Shown here: one piece after another, positions 48,030-58,319 of the stretch | Position numbering within the stretch: position 1 is the first letter of the stretch | Layout of the letters: each line of letters starts with the position of its first letter | Assembly (NCBI GenBank): GCA_048939995.1 | Contig: JBHLOY010000006.1 | Coordinates: forward strand, 1 to 64,000 | Origin: Promethearchaeota archaeon | Lineage (GTDB): Archaea > Asgardarchaeota > Lokiarchaeia > Sigyniarchaeales > SOKP01 | Reading direction: 5' to 3' | Length of the DNA: 64,000 bases | The notes under the pieces: generated by a model | Databases searched by the model: none | What the model saw: only the letters and a program-made list of their open reading frames with translations | Told to the model about the DNA's origin: nothing | Position numbers and translations under genes: made by a program

Positions 48030-48887
48030 ATGACTTTCTATGAGTTTTCAGTCATAACTAATACGGGATTTCCTTATTATCACATAAACGTAAAAGATCC
48101 GCCCAAGGACGCGAAATTATTTTTAAGATTTTTTGATTTTGCTGAAAATAAAGCCAATCAAAATCTGGATTTTGACCCTATCAGTTCATTTGAACTAAAT
48201 GCTGGCTTAGTCTCTGCTCTATTCGAATTTGCGCGAAATTTGAATAAGAAAATTGAAATTCTCGAATTTAATTCAAAAGAACTCATAAAAGATTCTGAAG
48301 AGGAATCCAAATATAATGGTGATGTATTAATAACTACACAGACCGAATCATATCTATTACATGAAGCAGTACATCAGAAAATTAAATTAATTTATGATTT
48401 GATAATTTCAGAAAAGATTCCTCTTGATTCCGCTTTGGAAATATTACAAAATGAGGAAGATCAAATAATGTATATTTTACTTGATAAAGAAGCTAAAAAC
48501 CGTATAAATAATAATAAGAATGAGATAACCAAAGTAGCAAATAACTTTCTCAATGAAATGAAAAATTATGGACTAAATGGATTATGTATCACCTCTTTTG
48601 ATTTATCACCACTTTTAGTATTTGGAAAAACTACTAATTTAAATGATATTAACGTAATTTTAAGGCATATAGGAAATTTTCCAGAAATTTCACCAATGGA
48701 ATGGATTTATCGACAATCTTATATTTTAGAACAACAAATATGGGTTTATATCATTAATTCAGGTGTAGGTCCAACTACTAATGGTTTATTTGAACCTTAT
48801 TATTATCTTTTATTCGCTGAACCGCAATCCTATCTAGGAGAATTTCCTGGAAAAGTAGCTGTAAAAATGAATCAAATTCTTGGATAG
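48030..48887 (+). CDS. Hypothetical protein, possible tandem longin/roadblock-like domains
   Basis: 285 aa; FSVITNTGFPYY start, AGLVSALFEFA helix, second unit GLCITSFDLSPL. Confidence 0.5.
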   Translation: MTFYEFSVITNTGFPYYHINVKDPPKDAKLFLRFFDFAENKANQNLDFDPISSFELNAGLVSALFEFARNLNKKIEILEFNSKELIKDSEEESKYNGDVLITTQTESYLLHEAVHQKIKLIYDLIISEKIPLDSALEILQNEEDQIMYILLDKEAKNRINNNKNEITKVANNFLNEMKNYGLNGLCITSFDLSPLLVFGKTTNLNDINVILRHIGNFPEISPMEWIYRQSYILEQQIWVYIINSGVGPTTNGLFEPYYYLLFAEPQSYLGEFPGKVAVKMNQILG

Positions 48888-48895
48888 AATCTTTT

Positions 48896-49666
48896 TTAAG
48901 TAATACTCCCTTCTGCTGCCTTAATTATTTTGAAAAGAGATTTTGCTTCTAATGATGCCCCTCCCACTAATCCACCATCAATATTTTCTTTTTTAAATAA
49001 GGCTTCCGCATTATCTGGTTTAATCGACCCCCCATATTGAATTCTTACTTTTTGAGCAGTCTCTTTATCGTATATTTTTTCTAAGACTTCACGAATATAG
49101 ATATGGATCTCTTCAGCTTGTTCTGGTGTTGCCGTTTTACCTGTTCCTATTGCCCATATTGGCTCATAAGCAATAATGGTCTTAATAATCTCTTTTTTAT
49201 TAAGATTTCTAAAAGTATTAGTGAATTGATTAAGAATGAAATCCTTAGTATTGCCCAATTCTCTATCATTGAGGTGTTCTCCTATACATACAATTGCATT
49301 TAATCCAATCTCTAATGCTTTTTTTAGCTTTTTATTTACTAATTCATCAGTTTCATGGAAAACATCTCTTCTTTCACTGTGACCTAAAATAACATATTGA
49401 CATCCAATTTCTTTTAGAAAATTAGGAGAAATCTCCCCTGTAAAAGCACCTTTCTCTTCAAAATACATGTTTTGAGCTCCTATTTTTATTTGAGTCTTCT
49501 CAACGGCATCTAATATAGTAGCTAATACTGTGTATGGTGGGAAAATAACTATATCAACGGAATCTATTTTCTTTATTAATGATTTAAACTCACGAATCAT
49601 ATCTAATGCTTCCATAGGAGTTCCATAATTCATTTTCCAATTTGCTCCAATAACTGGTTTTCTCAT
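48896..49666 (-). CDS. tpiA: Triosephosphate isomerase, bacterial/eukaryotic type
   Basis: ANWKMN, GAFTGEIS, GHSERR, AYEPIWAIGTG, YGGS, LVGGASL; likely start MRKP. Confidence 0.97.
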   Translation of the reverse strand: MRKPVIGANWKMNYGTPMEALDMIREFKSLIKKIDSVDIVIFPPYTVLATILDAVEKTQIKIGAQNMYFEEKGAFTGEISPNFLKEIGCQYVILGHSERRDVFHETDELVNKKLKKALEIGLNAIVCIGEHLNDRELGNTKDFILNQFTNTFRNLNKKEIIKTIIAYEPIWAIGTGKTATPEQAEEIHIYIREVLEKIYDKETAQKVRIQYGGSIKPDNAEALFKKENIDGGLVGGASLEAKSLFKIIKAAEGSIT

Positions 49667-49760
49667 AAAAAACACATTTGTGTGCGATGATTTTTGACCA
49701 AAACTCCATCAAGTTTAAAAAATTTTAAAAATAAAACTAACTTTAAATGTAAAAAAAAGA

Positions 49761-50264
49761 TTACTCTGATTTCTTAACTTTTTCAGTTAAACCTGAAGTC
49801 TCTAATAGCTTCTTTACTTCATCTACATCTGGGGCTATAACTTTTGGTAATCCTAGTTGATCTCTTCTTCTCTCAATAGCAGGTTGCATTGGAATGGCTT
49901 TTCCATGCTCTAATATAGTGAATGCTTGAGTAGTATAATAATCTGGAGCTTCTCCTCTTATTACGCTCATATTTTTTAAAATAGTAAAAATCTCGGTTAA
50001 TTCAACCTTTTGAGGGCAAACCTCATCACAAGTGTCACAGACTGTACATCCCCAGATATTAAATGCATTTTCTTTTCCAAAAATCTTTTCTTTTAATCCA
50101 AGGAGAGCATCCAAAATAAGTCTTCTTGGATTATAGCGACCATTAGTAACTTGTGCTACTGGGCATGCTCCACTACAAGTAGCACATTGATAACAATAAG
50201 CAAGTGTACTTCCAATATCAGATTGAATAATCTGATTTCTAAAATTAAAATCTATTGTTGCCAT
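49761..50264 (-). CDS. hdrC: Heterodisulfide reductase subunit C-like 2[4Fe-4S] protein
   Basis: CYQCATCSGACP, NPRRLI, IWGCTVCDTCDEVCP, RDQLGLP. Confidence 0.88.
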   Translation of the reverse strand: MATIDFNFRNQIIQSDIGSTLAYCYQCATCSGACPVAQVTNGRYNPRRLILDALLGLKEKIFGKENAFNIWGCTVCDTCDEVCPQKVELTEIFTILKNMSVIRGEAPDYYTTQAFTILEHGKAIPMQPAIERRRDQLGLPKVIAPDVDEVKKLLETSGLTEKVKKSE

Positions 50265-50447
50265 TTTTTTTCTTCTTGGGCTATCTTAGACTTATATATT
50301 ATAACTTTTTCTCTATTTTAAAATTAATTCTTTTATTCTTCAAGCAAAACCATCTTTAGTAAGATAGTTTAATGCAATTAAAGGAATTGAAATTAATAAA
50401 TTTTAAATGAAAATAAAAGGGTACAAATTTGAATTTATGCTTCATAC

Positions 50448-50813
50448 TTAGTTATTATTTATTTTCGAGATTATTTCTTTAATAATAGTCTCTCCTGCTG
50501 CACCTACCATTATCCCGTCTTTAACTAATGGTTGTCCTTGAATTTCAATAATACCATTAACCATTTCACCATTGTTGAAAAATAGAAGTGTGGGTATAGC
50601 TGTTACACCGAACCTTTCTCCTAAAGGTCTATTTTGATCTAAATCTACTTTTATCAATCGTATTAGTCCTTCATCTTTAAGTTTTTCTAAGATAGGGCTT
50701 AGAAACTTACAAGGTCCACACCAAACAGTATAGATATCACATACAAGAACTCCTTGTTTCATATCCTCGGTTATTTCGATACCATACTTCTTTAAATCCT
50801 CGACATTTATCAT
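50448..50813 (-). CDS. trxA: Thioredoxin
   Basis: WCGPC, IPTLLFF. Confidence 0.93.
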   Translation of the reverse strand: MINVEDLKKYGIEITEDMKQGVLVCDIYTVWCGPCKFLSPILEKLKDEGLIRLIKVDLDQNRPLGERFGVTAIPTLLFFNNGEMVNGIIEIQGQPLVKDGIMVGAAGETIIKEIISKINNN

Positions 50814-51087
50814 AAAATCTCAGCTTTTAATATGGGAATTTTTGATCAATTTACTTTTAATAGTATAATAAATAATAAATTATTTTGGTAAATATTAATG
50901 GCATTAATGAAAATGTGTTTATATTAATTTCACTTATAAAAAATCAAGAAGCTAATAAGAATAGTTGTGAGAATCAGTTCATAATAAAAGTCATCTGTAT
51001 AAAATTCGAATTCGTATCATAAATATTAAATTAGATTATCTTTTTTCAAATATTATTTAAATTTTGATTTTTCTGAGTTAACTAATT

Positions 51088-51594
51088 ATGAGTAATACAA
51101 GAAAAGATTTAGTCCAATCAGAAGCTACTATGAATCAAATGCGAAATGCAATTTATCATCTACAGCGGTTCATGAAAAATAATAACGTTTCTGAAATTAG
51201 ACGAAGGTTTCATAGAATGGGTCAAAATATTGCGCATACATATATAAAGAATTGGAAACCCATTGAAATAGTAAACATCACAAATATAAAAAATCTTATT
51301 GCTACTATTTATAAAAGTATCCTTAATAGCTCAGTTTCAATAGAAATTAATGAGAATGAGAAACATATTATAGTTAAAGATAGTGATTGTGCTCTCTGTA
51401 AGTATCATTTTGAGGATATTGAAATAGCTGGATGTGAAATTATCGCTGCGATGGTAGCTGAATTTATATTATTGATAAATAAGCAAAATAATGGTTATTC
51501 ATTTCTCATTCATCCTATTGAAATAAAGGAATCAAGAACCTTCGGGCAGAAGTCATGTGTTCAACAATTTGAATATACTAACGGAGGAAAATGA
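51088..51594 (+). CDS. V4R / Bet3(TRAPP)-like fold protein
   Basis: RMGQNIA helix, DCALC, AGCEIIAAMV, ESRTFGQKSC. Confidence 0.6.
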   Translation: MSNTRKDLVQSEATMNQMRNAIYHLQRFMKNNNVSEIRRRFHRMGQNIAHTYIKNWKPIEIVNITNIKNLIATIYKSILNSSVSIEINENEKHIIVKDSDCALCKYHFEDIEIAGCEIIAAMVAEFILLINKQNNGYSFLIHPIEIKESRTFGQKSCVQQFEYTNGGK

Positions 51595-51595
51595 A

Positions 51596-53071
51596 ATGGG
51601 TATTGTTCAATGGTTATTAAAAAAAATCTCCAAAGCTTTTGGTCAAAATACTAGTTCTCTTTTTTATACACTTCTTAATCGTGAAATTCTTAAAGAAATT
51701 AATGAAATTACTGAGAATGAAAAAGATAGCTTAATTATTTTAAGAGAAATTGGTAAGAAGGCGGCATTAGAATCTTGTGAACGCCATTCTAGCGTATTTA
51801 AATGGATGCCTGGAAGCCCAAAAAAAGTCCTAGAATATTTTGAATTATTATGGATAGTTGTATTTGGAAAAGAGATAGAAGAAGGAGATTTAATATATGA
51901 GGAAATACCCAAAGAAGGTTCAAAATACAATGACTATATTGTCACTATTAAAAATTGTCCAATTTGTACTCAATATGGTGATGATGAGATGGATACCTTT
52001 GATTTTCAAAAGCTTAAGGGTGAAGAAACAGAAGGGTTAGCTTGTGGATTATGTGGAATGCTAGAGGGTGTAGCTAATTTTATACTGAAAACTAAAAAAA
52101 ATGATTATCGAATTAACATAGTAGAACAGCAATGTAAGGCGAAAGGAGGCGATTCTCTTCAGTTCATATGTAAAATATATGATATTGCTGAATGGAAGAA
52201 ATTATCTACAATGCGAATTCAAGATCAGTTAACCTCCAGGGTAATTTTTGAATTAGAGATGGAAGAAGAACTTATTCAAGAGACAAAACTGGACATTATC
52301 GATAAATTACAAGATGCCCTTTCATTAGATAAAATTGAAGAATTACTTGATGAACCTTTAGAAGGTGTTAAAAAAAAAGTTGCAGAGCTTATTCAAGATA
52401 AATTAAATATGGAACCAACGCACTTTTTCGATTACTTTAAAAATTATGAAGATGATATGATTAGAATAATTGGATTTTTAACTGTGCACTTATTAAATGA
52501 GTATGGAGGATTAGTAGAGAAAATACTAAGTAATGAAACTTTCTCAAAAATTGTTGGATATATTTTTAAACAATTGAGAGAATTTGTCCTATTATTTGTA
52601 CCCATTGATGTAATAAATGATTATCATAAACTTTTAATTAGTTTTCTGGAAGGACTCGCTCCTGTTGACATGGTTGAGAATGTTAAGAAATATTCAGGCA
52701 AAGATGATTTGAATTTCTTATTTGAAGGTGCAGAGCTAGCTTTAGAAAATCTAGGAATTAACTTCTCAGAATTAAAAGATAATGTTTGGGAGGAATTGAG
52801 AAAAGAAAGAGAAGACGGATTAGTATCAACTGATCAAACTATGATTGAAAAAACAGAAGAAAGGTTCCCTAAGATAATCAGAATAATTCAAGAAATTTTT
52901 ATGCTTTTTAATGAAATACTGACTTTACCTATACGTATTATAGTATCCGAAAGTCATTATGGATTGAAAACAGCCATCAAATCAGTTGTTTCAGAAGAAG
53001 AAGGTTTATTTGGGAGCATAAAAGGACGAATTGATACCATTTTTGATTATTTACAAGAAATAAGAAAATAA
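51596..53071 (+). CDS. V4R-domain protein with long acidic helical C-terminal region
   Basis: Likely start MGIVQW after GGAGG; LREIGKKAA, NCPIC, ACGLCGMLEG, EQQCKAKGGDSLQF. Confidence 0.7.
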   Translation: MGIVQWLLKKISKAFGQNTSSLFYTLLNREILKEINEITENEKDSLIILREIGKKAALESCERHSSVFKWMPGSPKKVLEYFELLWIVVFGKEIEEGDLIYEEIPKEGSKYNDYIVTIKNCPICTQYGDDEMDTFDFQKLKGEETEGLACGLCGMLEGVANFILKTKKNDYRINIVEQQCKAKGGDSLQFICKIYDIAEWKKLSTMRIQDQLTSRVIFELEMEEELIQETKLDIIDKLQDALSLDKIEELLDEPLEGVKKKVAELIQDKLNMEPTHFFDYFKNYEDDMIRIIGFLTVHLLNEYGGLVEKILSNETFSKIVGYIFKQLREFVLLFVPIDVINDYHKLLISFLEGLAPVDMVENVKKYSGKDDLNFLFEGAELALENLGINFSELKDNVWEELRKEREDGLVSTDQTMIEKTEERFPKIIRIIQEIFMLFNEILTLPIRIIVSESHYGLKTAIKSVVSEEEGLFGSIKGRIDTIFDYLQEIRK

Positions 53072-53174
53072 GAAGCTTTACAAAAGCTATTTTTGACTTT
53101 TATTTATTTCTCTGTTCCTTAATAATCCATTTCTTCCAAAGAAGAAAATTAATAAAAAAAATAATAAATAAAAT

Positions 53175-53873
53175 TTAGGTTTTTATTCCAAGATATAATA
53201 AAATACTAGATATAATAATTCCAAACCTAACAATGGATACAGCAATTATAGGAGGAACTACTGAATCAAAAGCTACGATTATTGCAAAAACAATAAAACC
53301 AATGGCTAGATATAGAAATTTCTTTCTTAAAATCCCAGTTGCTTGCTTAGCTTTCACTAAGAACCCAATACCATTAAAAATTAAAATAGATAGTATAAAG
53401 ACAATTAAAAAGTAGGCAGTAGGATACCCATAATTACTAGAAGTATCAATTATATCTGTACCAGGTGCAGGTATAACATAATTAAAAGACTGTTGAGGAC
53501 TCAAAAAAAGAAAATATTCATAAGCAATACTTATAATAATGAAAATACCCACTAGAATCCATTTCTTTTTTGGTATTAATAATTCTCCACCAATATACAT
53601 TCCCAGAGTTATACCCAGAGCAGCCCACATATAACTGAGTAATGGATAAATATATTGATTGATATTAGTGTCATTTATAAGAATATTGATAAAATCTGTA
53701 GTTGGGCCTAGCCACAATAATCCAATGGAAATAATTGTCAATGCGGTAACAGTAAGAAGTTTTGCCTTCAACTTTCCTGCTTTGAATAAACCATAAATAC
53801 CTATTATTATATTTATTGTAAGTACGCCAAAAGCAGAAATCCCATTTAACCATCCTGCGATGTCAGTGAACAA
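53175..53873 (-). CDS. Stand-alone ~7-TM membrane protein
   Basis: 232 aa with seven hydrophobic segments; GGTGA SD before TTG. Confidence 0.75.
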   Translation of the reverse strand: MFTDIAGWLNGISAFGVLTINIIIGIYGLFKAGKLKAKLLTVTALTIISIGLLWLGPTTDFINILINDTNINQYIYPLLSYMWAALGITLGMYIGGELLIPKKKWILVGIFIIISIAYEYFLFLSPQQSFNYVIPAPGTDIIDTSSNYGYPTAYFLIVFILSILIFNGIGFLVKAKQATGILRKKFLYLAIGFIVFAIIVAFDSVVPPIIAVSIVRFGIIISSILLYLGIKT

Positions 53874-54135
53874 TTTTATGATTCACCTTTTTATAATTTA
53901 TTTTTTAAAAATTCATTTTTAATACTTTAAATATTTTAGAATTATTTTTGTTTAAAATATATAATAATATACTCATATGCAGTATTTATAATTACTCAAA
54001 ATTTTAAAGAATCATTCCTAGCCTTTCCTTACAAAAAAATAACGCTTTAAATAATAAATTAACATACTTATTATTAAATTAAATCAATATCAAGAAAGAT
54101 TAAGATAAAAAACATGAGAATTCCAGAAAGTTATT

Positions 54136-55425
54136 CTACTTAGAATTCTCTATTAAATATAACTCATAAAACCATTTAATAATATACTGAAGAAAAAAAC
54201 GTTCTCTAAGCACATCATAATTAGATTTTTCTCTCAGGCTGGTCAATTTTGCTACATCCTCAGATTTTAACTTGTTTTTAGCAATTAAATCCATTCTTAC
54301 TTTAAATTGATCAATTAGTTTTATGGGTCTTAAAATTTTAGCTACAAACTTCGAAATTTCAGGAAGTAGTTTCTGAACTTTATCCAAAGATACATTCAAG
54401 TTATTATCATAAAAATCCTTAATTTTCTGTATAATAATGTCTTTTTCATAATAGTCAATTTGATTTTTAGATTTTAATAAATCTAATAGATACAAAATTA
54501 ATTTATCTATAACAGAATCAGGAAATTTAATGCTTACTAAATCTTCTTTTAACTTAAAGAGAAATTGCTCAGTGAGAAATTGTTTGTACTTTATTATCAT
54601 GGCTTCATTTTGTTTTACATCAGTGCAAATCTCAATAACTTCACCTCTAGGAGTAGAAAAAGTAAAACCAAGCCCTTGAGGGCCGATTCCATAGAGAATA
54701 ACCATTGACAAACTATAAAATTTATATTCTTTTCGAGAGACTATCTTCTCTAAATTCTTACGGAGATTTTTAGGTGAAACTAAATGAAATTTATTTGCAA
54801 ATCTAATTTGTATAAATTTCGCATTTTCATTTGTTACCTTACGTTGAAATGATTTAAGAAAATCTTCTAAGTTGCCTAATAGTTTGACGTTTAAACCATA
54901 AGCATTATAATCATCTAAATAATTTAGTATTAAATCAATATCATTAACTTCATTAGAATAATACTGAAAACTATATTCTCTAAAATAATTATTATAATAA
55001 TATAATAAGTTTAATGGCATTTCTTTTCTGACATATATGATAAAGGAGTTAGAGATATTTCCAAATAAATCTATTAAATTAGCGATAAATAAATAATCTT
55101 TTCTAATATCGTTGATTAATTCTATTTCTGATTTTGTTAAATCTTTGTCGACTAAATTAAATTTATTAACAAACTTCAAAATTTTAAATATCTCTCCCAA
55201 ATTTAGAGTTTGAATACAATCAATTAATAATTCTGAGATTATTTCAAATCTATTAGGAATTTTCCTAGGATCAATGAAGATATCTAAATCTATTGATTTA
55301 TCAATTAGACCTTCTACTTCTTTAAATTCCTTCTTTTCTAAATGTTGAGATAGTTTGTTATAATAATTATCTTCAAAATCTCTTCCTTTTAAATCCTTTT
55401 GCTCATACAATATGGATTCAACCAT
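54136..55425 (-). CDS. Hypothetical protein
   Basis: 429 aa ORF; conserved-looking core GIGPQGLGFTFSTPRGEVIEICTD; family not recognised. Confidence 0.75.
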   Translation of the reverse strand: MVESILYEQKDLKGRDFEDNYYNKLSQHLEKKEFKEVEGLIDKSIDLDIFIDPRKIPNRFEIISELLIDCIQTLNLGEIFKILKFVNKFNLVDKDLTKSEIELINDIRKDYLFIANLIDLFGNISNSFIIYVRKEMPLNLLYYYNNYFREYSFQYYSNEVNDIDLILNYLDDYNAYGLNVKLLGNLEDFLKSFQRKVTNENAKFIQIRFANKFHLVSPKNLRKNLEKIVSRKEYKFYSLSMVILYGIGPQGLGFTFSTPRGEVIEICTDVKQNEAMIIKYKQFLTEQFLFKLKEDLVSIKFPDSVIDKLILYLLDLLKSKNQIDYYEKDIIIQKIKDFYDNNLNVSLDKVQKLLPEISKFVAKILRPIKLIDQFKVRMDLIAKNKLKSEDVAKLTSLREKSNYDVLRERFFLQYIIKWFYELYLIENSK

Positions 55426-55476
55426 AAATATCTTATTGTTAACTTTTTCCTAAAAAAAGTTCTAATCTTCTTAGAA

Positions 55477-55848
55477 TTAATCTAATAAATCAGCAATTCT
55501 TTTTGCAACACTCTGGATATTGAGGAAAACCATGCCTAAACTTGCATTAGCATGACATAAAGTACAAAGAATTGCATTTTCCCCAGCTTTAGAAAGAATA
55601 ATGATACCACTCACACCTTCAATGAGTATCCTTTTAAGCTCGCCTCTATCAAGTTCTTCCACCGCACGCTCCGAAACACTTTGTATAGCTGCCGACATGG
55701 CCGAAACTATCCCATCATTAACATCTCGACTCAAAACAGAGCAGATCGGAAGTCCCTGTACACTAACAATCGCAGACCCTTCTATATCAGAATTGACAGC
55801 AGATAATTTTCTTAGGAGATCTGTAAGTTCACTGATATTTTCAGACAA
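55477..55848 (-). CDS. Roadblock/LC7 (MglB-like) protein
   Basis: IEGSAIVSVQGLPICS, SAMSAA, ELDRGELKRILIEG, LGMVF; GGAGG SD before TTG. Confidence 0.92.
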   Translation of the reverse strand: MSENISELTDLLRKLSAVNSDIEGSAIVSVQGLPICSVLSRDVNDGIVSAMSAAIQSVSERAVEELDRGELKRILIEGVSGIIILSKAGENAILCTLCHANASLGMVFLNIQSVAKRIADLLD

Positions 55849-56044
55849 GATTTATTTCCTCCATATCTTCAAATGTGATAGAATTAAATTTCCTAATTTT
55901 ATCCTCAACAATAAATCAAATTAAATGAGCGATAAATTAAATCATTATATGATCTATTAAAATTAACTTTATTTAATTATTAATATTTACTTTATTTATT
56001 TTTATTTATCTTCTCAATCTGAAATAGTTGTTTTTTAAAAAAAA

Positions 56045-57049
56045 TTGAGTGAAAATCAGAAATTAAAAATGAGTGAAAATCAGAAATTAAAAACTAAAAT
56101 TGAAGGAAAGAAAAGTAAAGAGGAATTAGAAAAAGAGGCTGAGGAAAAGCAATATAAGATTGAATCACTTAGAAAAGCGGGAAAAATTGCTCAAGATGTT
56201 AAAAACTTTATCAAACCTAAGATTAAAGTAGAAACAAAAATTTTAGATATAATTGAAACAGCAGAATCAAGAATTGTTGAATTAGGAGGCCAAAGTGCTT
56301 TTCCAGTAAATATTGGAATAAATAATATTGCTGCTCATTATACAGCTCCATTAAAAGAAGACGATCTTGTAATAAGAAATGGCGATATAGTAAAAGTAGA
56401 TTTGGGAGTTCATGTTGATGGATATCTTGTTGATACTGCTTTCACTATAAGTTTCAACGATGAAAAGTTACTTGAAAATATAATTCAATCAACAGAGGTA
56501 GCATTAGAAGCAGCAAAGATGATGGTTAAACCTAAGGTCAATACAAAAGATATTGGTAAAAAAATTGAAGATATTGTAAGAGGATTTAAATATAATCCTA
56601 TAAAAGAGCTTGGTGGACACCAGGTTGAGAGATGGATTGTTCATGGTAAAAAGCAATTACCAGAATTAGGCTCCCAAGGAGGCGATATTATTGAGGACGG
56701 GGATGTTTTTGCTATTGAAATATTTGCCTCAACAGGAAACGGGTCTGTTCATACAACAAATGCTTCATATATTTATGAGCTTAACCCTTATACTGGTAGA
56801 GTTCCATTAAGAAGAAAATTCTCCAAACAGATTCTAGGTTATGTTAATAAAAATTTTAAAACTTTACCCTTTGCTGAAAGATGGTTAGGTAAAGAATTTA
56901 GAATGGGGGTACTTTTTGGGATTCAAGAATTAGTCCAACAAGGAAAATTGAAGGCTCATTATGTCTTAGCAGAACAAAAAGGTGTTTATGTAGCTCAAAC
57001 TGAAGAAACTGTGTTAGTTAATGAAGATACTTTTGAGCAATTAACTTAA
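56045..57049 (+). CDS. map: Methionine aminopeptidase type 2
   Basis: AFPVN, AAHYT, KVDLGVHVDG..VDTA, GGH, FAIE, type 2 insertion TLPFAERWL. Confidence 0.96.
   Translation: MSENQKLKMSENQKLKTKIEGKKSKEELEKEAEEKQYKIESLRKAGKIAQDVKNFIKPKIKVETKILDIIETAESRIVELGGQSAFPVNIGINNIAAHYTAPLKEDDLVIRNGDIVKVDLGVHVDGYLVDTAFTISFNDEKLLENIIQSTEVALEAAKMMVKPKVNTKDIGKKIEDIVRGFKYNPIKELGGHQVERWIVHGKKQLPELGSQGGDIIEDGDVFAIEIFASTGNGSVHTTNASYIYELNPYTGRVPLRRKFSKQILGYVNKNFKTLPFAERWLGKEFRMGVLFGIQELVQQGKLKAHYVLAEQKGVYVAQTEETVLVNEDTFEQLT
56046..56093 (+). repeat. Perfect 24-bp tandem duplication at the map start
   Basis: TGAGTGAAAATCAGAAATTAAAAA x2, encoding (MSENQKLK)2. Confidence 0.95.
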
Positions 57050-57086
57050 ATAAAAAATCGATAAATAAAAGAAGCTTTTCTCCAAA

Positions 57087-58193
57087 ATGAAAAGATTGAA
57101 AATTGCCCTAATTACACTAGCTATTTCTCCAGATAAGCAAGATGGTAGTGCAAAATTTTTTTCTGGAATCTATGAATACTTAAAAAGTAGAGGCCATAAC
57201 GTCCGAGTTATAACTGGAAGATGGAATTATAATCTAAATGATCCAAATATATCACAAATCAGAATCATGCGGAAGAGCTATTTATGGATTCCTCAATTTA
57301 TATCAAAAGTAGTTAATCTTTTAAGAACTAATGATTTTGATATTATCCATGGAAATGGTCCTAAAGGTACATTACCTCTTCTTTTTTCTAATAAAAAATT
57401 CCTCTCAACAATTCATGATTTAGGCCCTATTGAATCAAGCTTTTCGATGATCCCAATCGAAAAGTTAATTATTAATAAGGTTGTTAAAGAGGCTAAAATC
57501 ATTACAACATGTTCAGAATTTACTAAATGGCAATTAGAAAGTTATTTCCCTAAAATTGAACCTGGCAAAATCTATAACTTGTATTCTGCTATTGAAAGTA
57601 AATTTAAGCCTTATCCAATAAAAGCAAAAGAACTTCGAAAAAATTTAGGGTTAAAGGGGCCCGTGGTTTTATATATAGGCAGAATTGCTCTCTATAAAGA
57701 TGTTGAAAACATCATTAAAGCTTATACGTATGCAAAAAAAGAAATTAAAGATCTTGAATTGATAATTGGGGGATCTCCAGATTTTTATATGAAAGAAGCA
57801 TTCAAAAAGTGGAAGCAAAGTTATAAAGACGTTCACTTTATGGGATTTATTAAAGAACAAGAACTTCCTTATTATTATAGCATGGGAGATGTATTTATAA
57901 CATATTCATATTCTTCAGAAGGATTTGGATTAACTCCTATAGAAGCAATTGCATGCGGTACTCCTGTGATATCTTCCTCAATAGGGGCTTATAAGGAAGT
58001 TCTTCAAGATAATGCTATTTTTGTACCACCTAAAAATCCAAAACTCTTAAGTCAAGAAATCGTTGATTTACTTAACAACGATAATAAACGAATAAACTTA
58101 TTAAAAAAAGCTCAACATTTTATATCCCGATATTCTTGGAATTATGTTGGAAAAAAATTGGAAGAAGCTTATCAAAATTTCTTAAAAGCTTAG
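57087..58193 (+). CDS. GT4 family glycosyltransferase
   Basis: IHDL, YIGRI..YK, EGFGLTPIEAIACGTPV. Confidence 0.93.
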   Translation: MKRLKIALITLAISPDKQDGSAKFFSGIYEYLKSRGHNVRVITGRWNYNLNDPNISQIRIMRKSYLWIPQFISKVVNLLRTNDFDIIHGNGPKGTLPLLFSNKKFLSTIHDLGPIESSFSMIPIEKLIINKVVKEAKIITTCSEFTKWQLESYFPKIEPGKIYNLYSAIESKFKPYPIKAKELRKNLGLKGPVVLYIGRIALYKDVENIIKAYTYAKKEIKDLELIIGGSPDFYMKEAFKKWKQSYKDVHFMGFIKEQELPYYYSMGDVFITYSYSSEGFGLTPIEAIACGTPVISSSIGAYKEVLQDNAIFVPPKNPKLLSQEIVDLLNNDNKRINLLKKAQHFISRYSWNYVGKKLEEAYQNFLKA

Positions 58194-58319
58194 AAAATTC
58201 AAACTATAGAGATTAGCTATTGATACTAGTTAAAATATAAATTTAGTAATAAAAGAATATAAATTATGTTTAATTTCTTAATGTCAAATTTTATTTATTA
58301 TTACTAGAAAAATATACCA

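Noticed and set aside
49672-49722. Small hairpins between hdrC and tpiA as SECIS or sRNA
   Set aside because: No SECIS core geometry, no in-frame TGA in neighbouring genes, no clear C/D box pair
50894-50908. ATTAATG-G-CATTAAT palindrome between trx and the V4R genes
   Set aside because: Short, AT-rich and single; insufficient support
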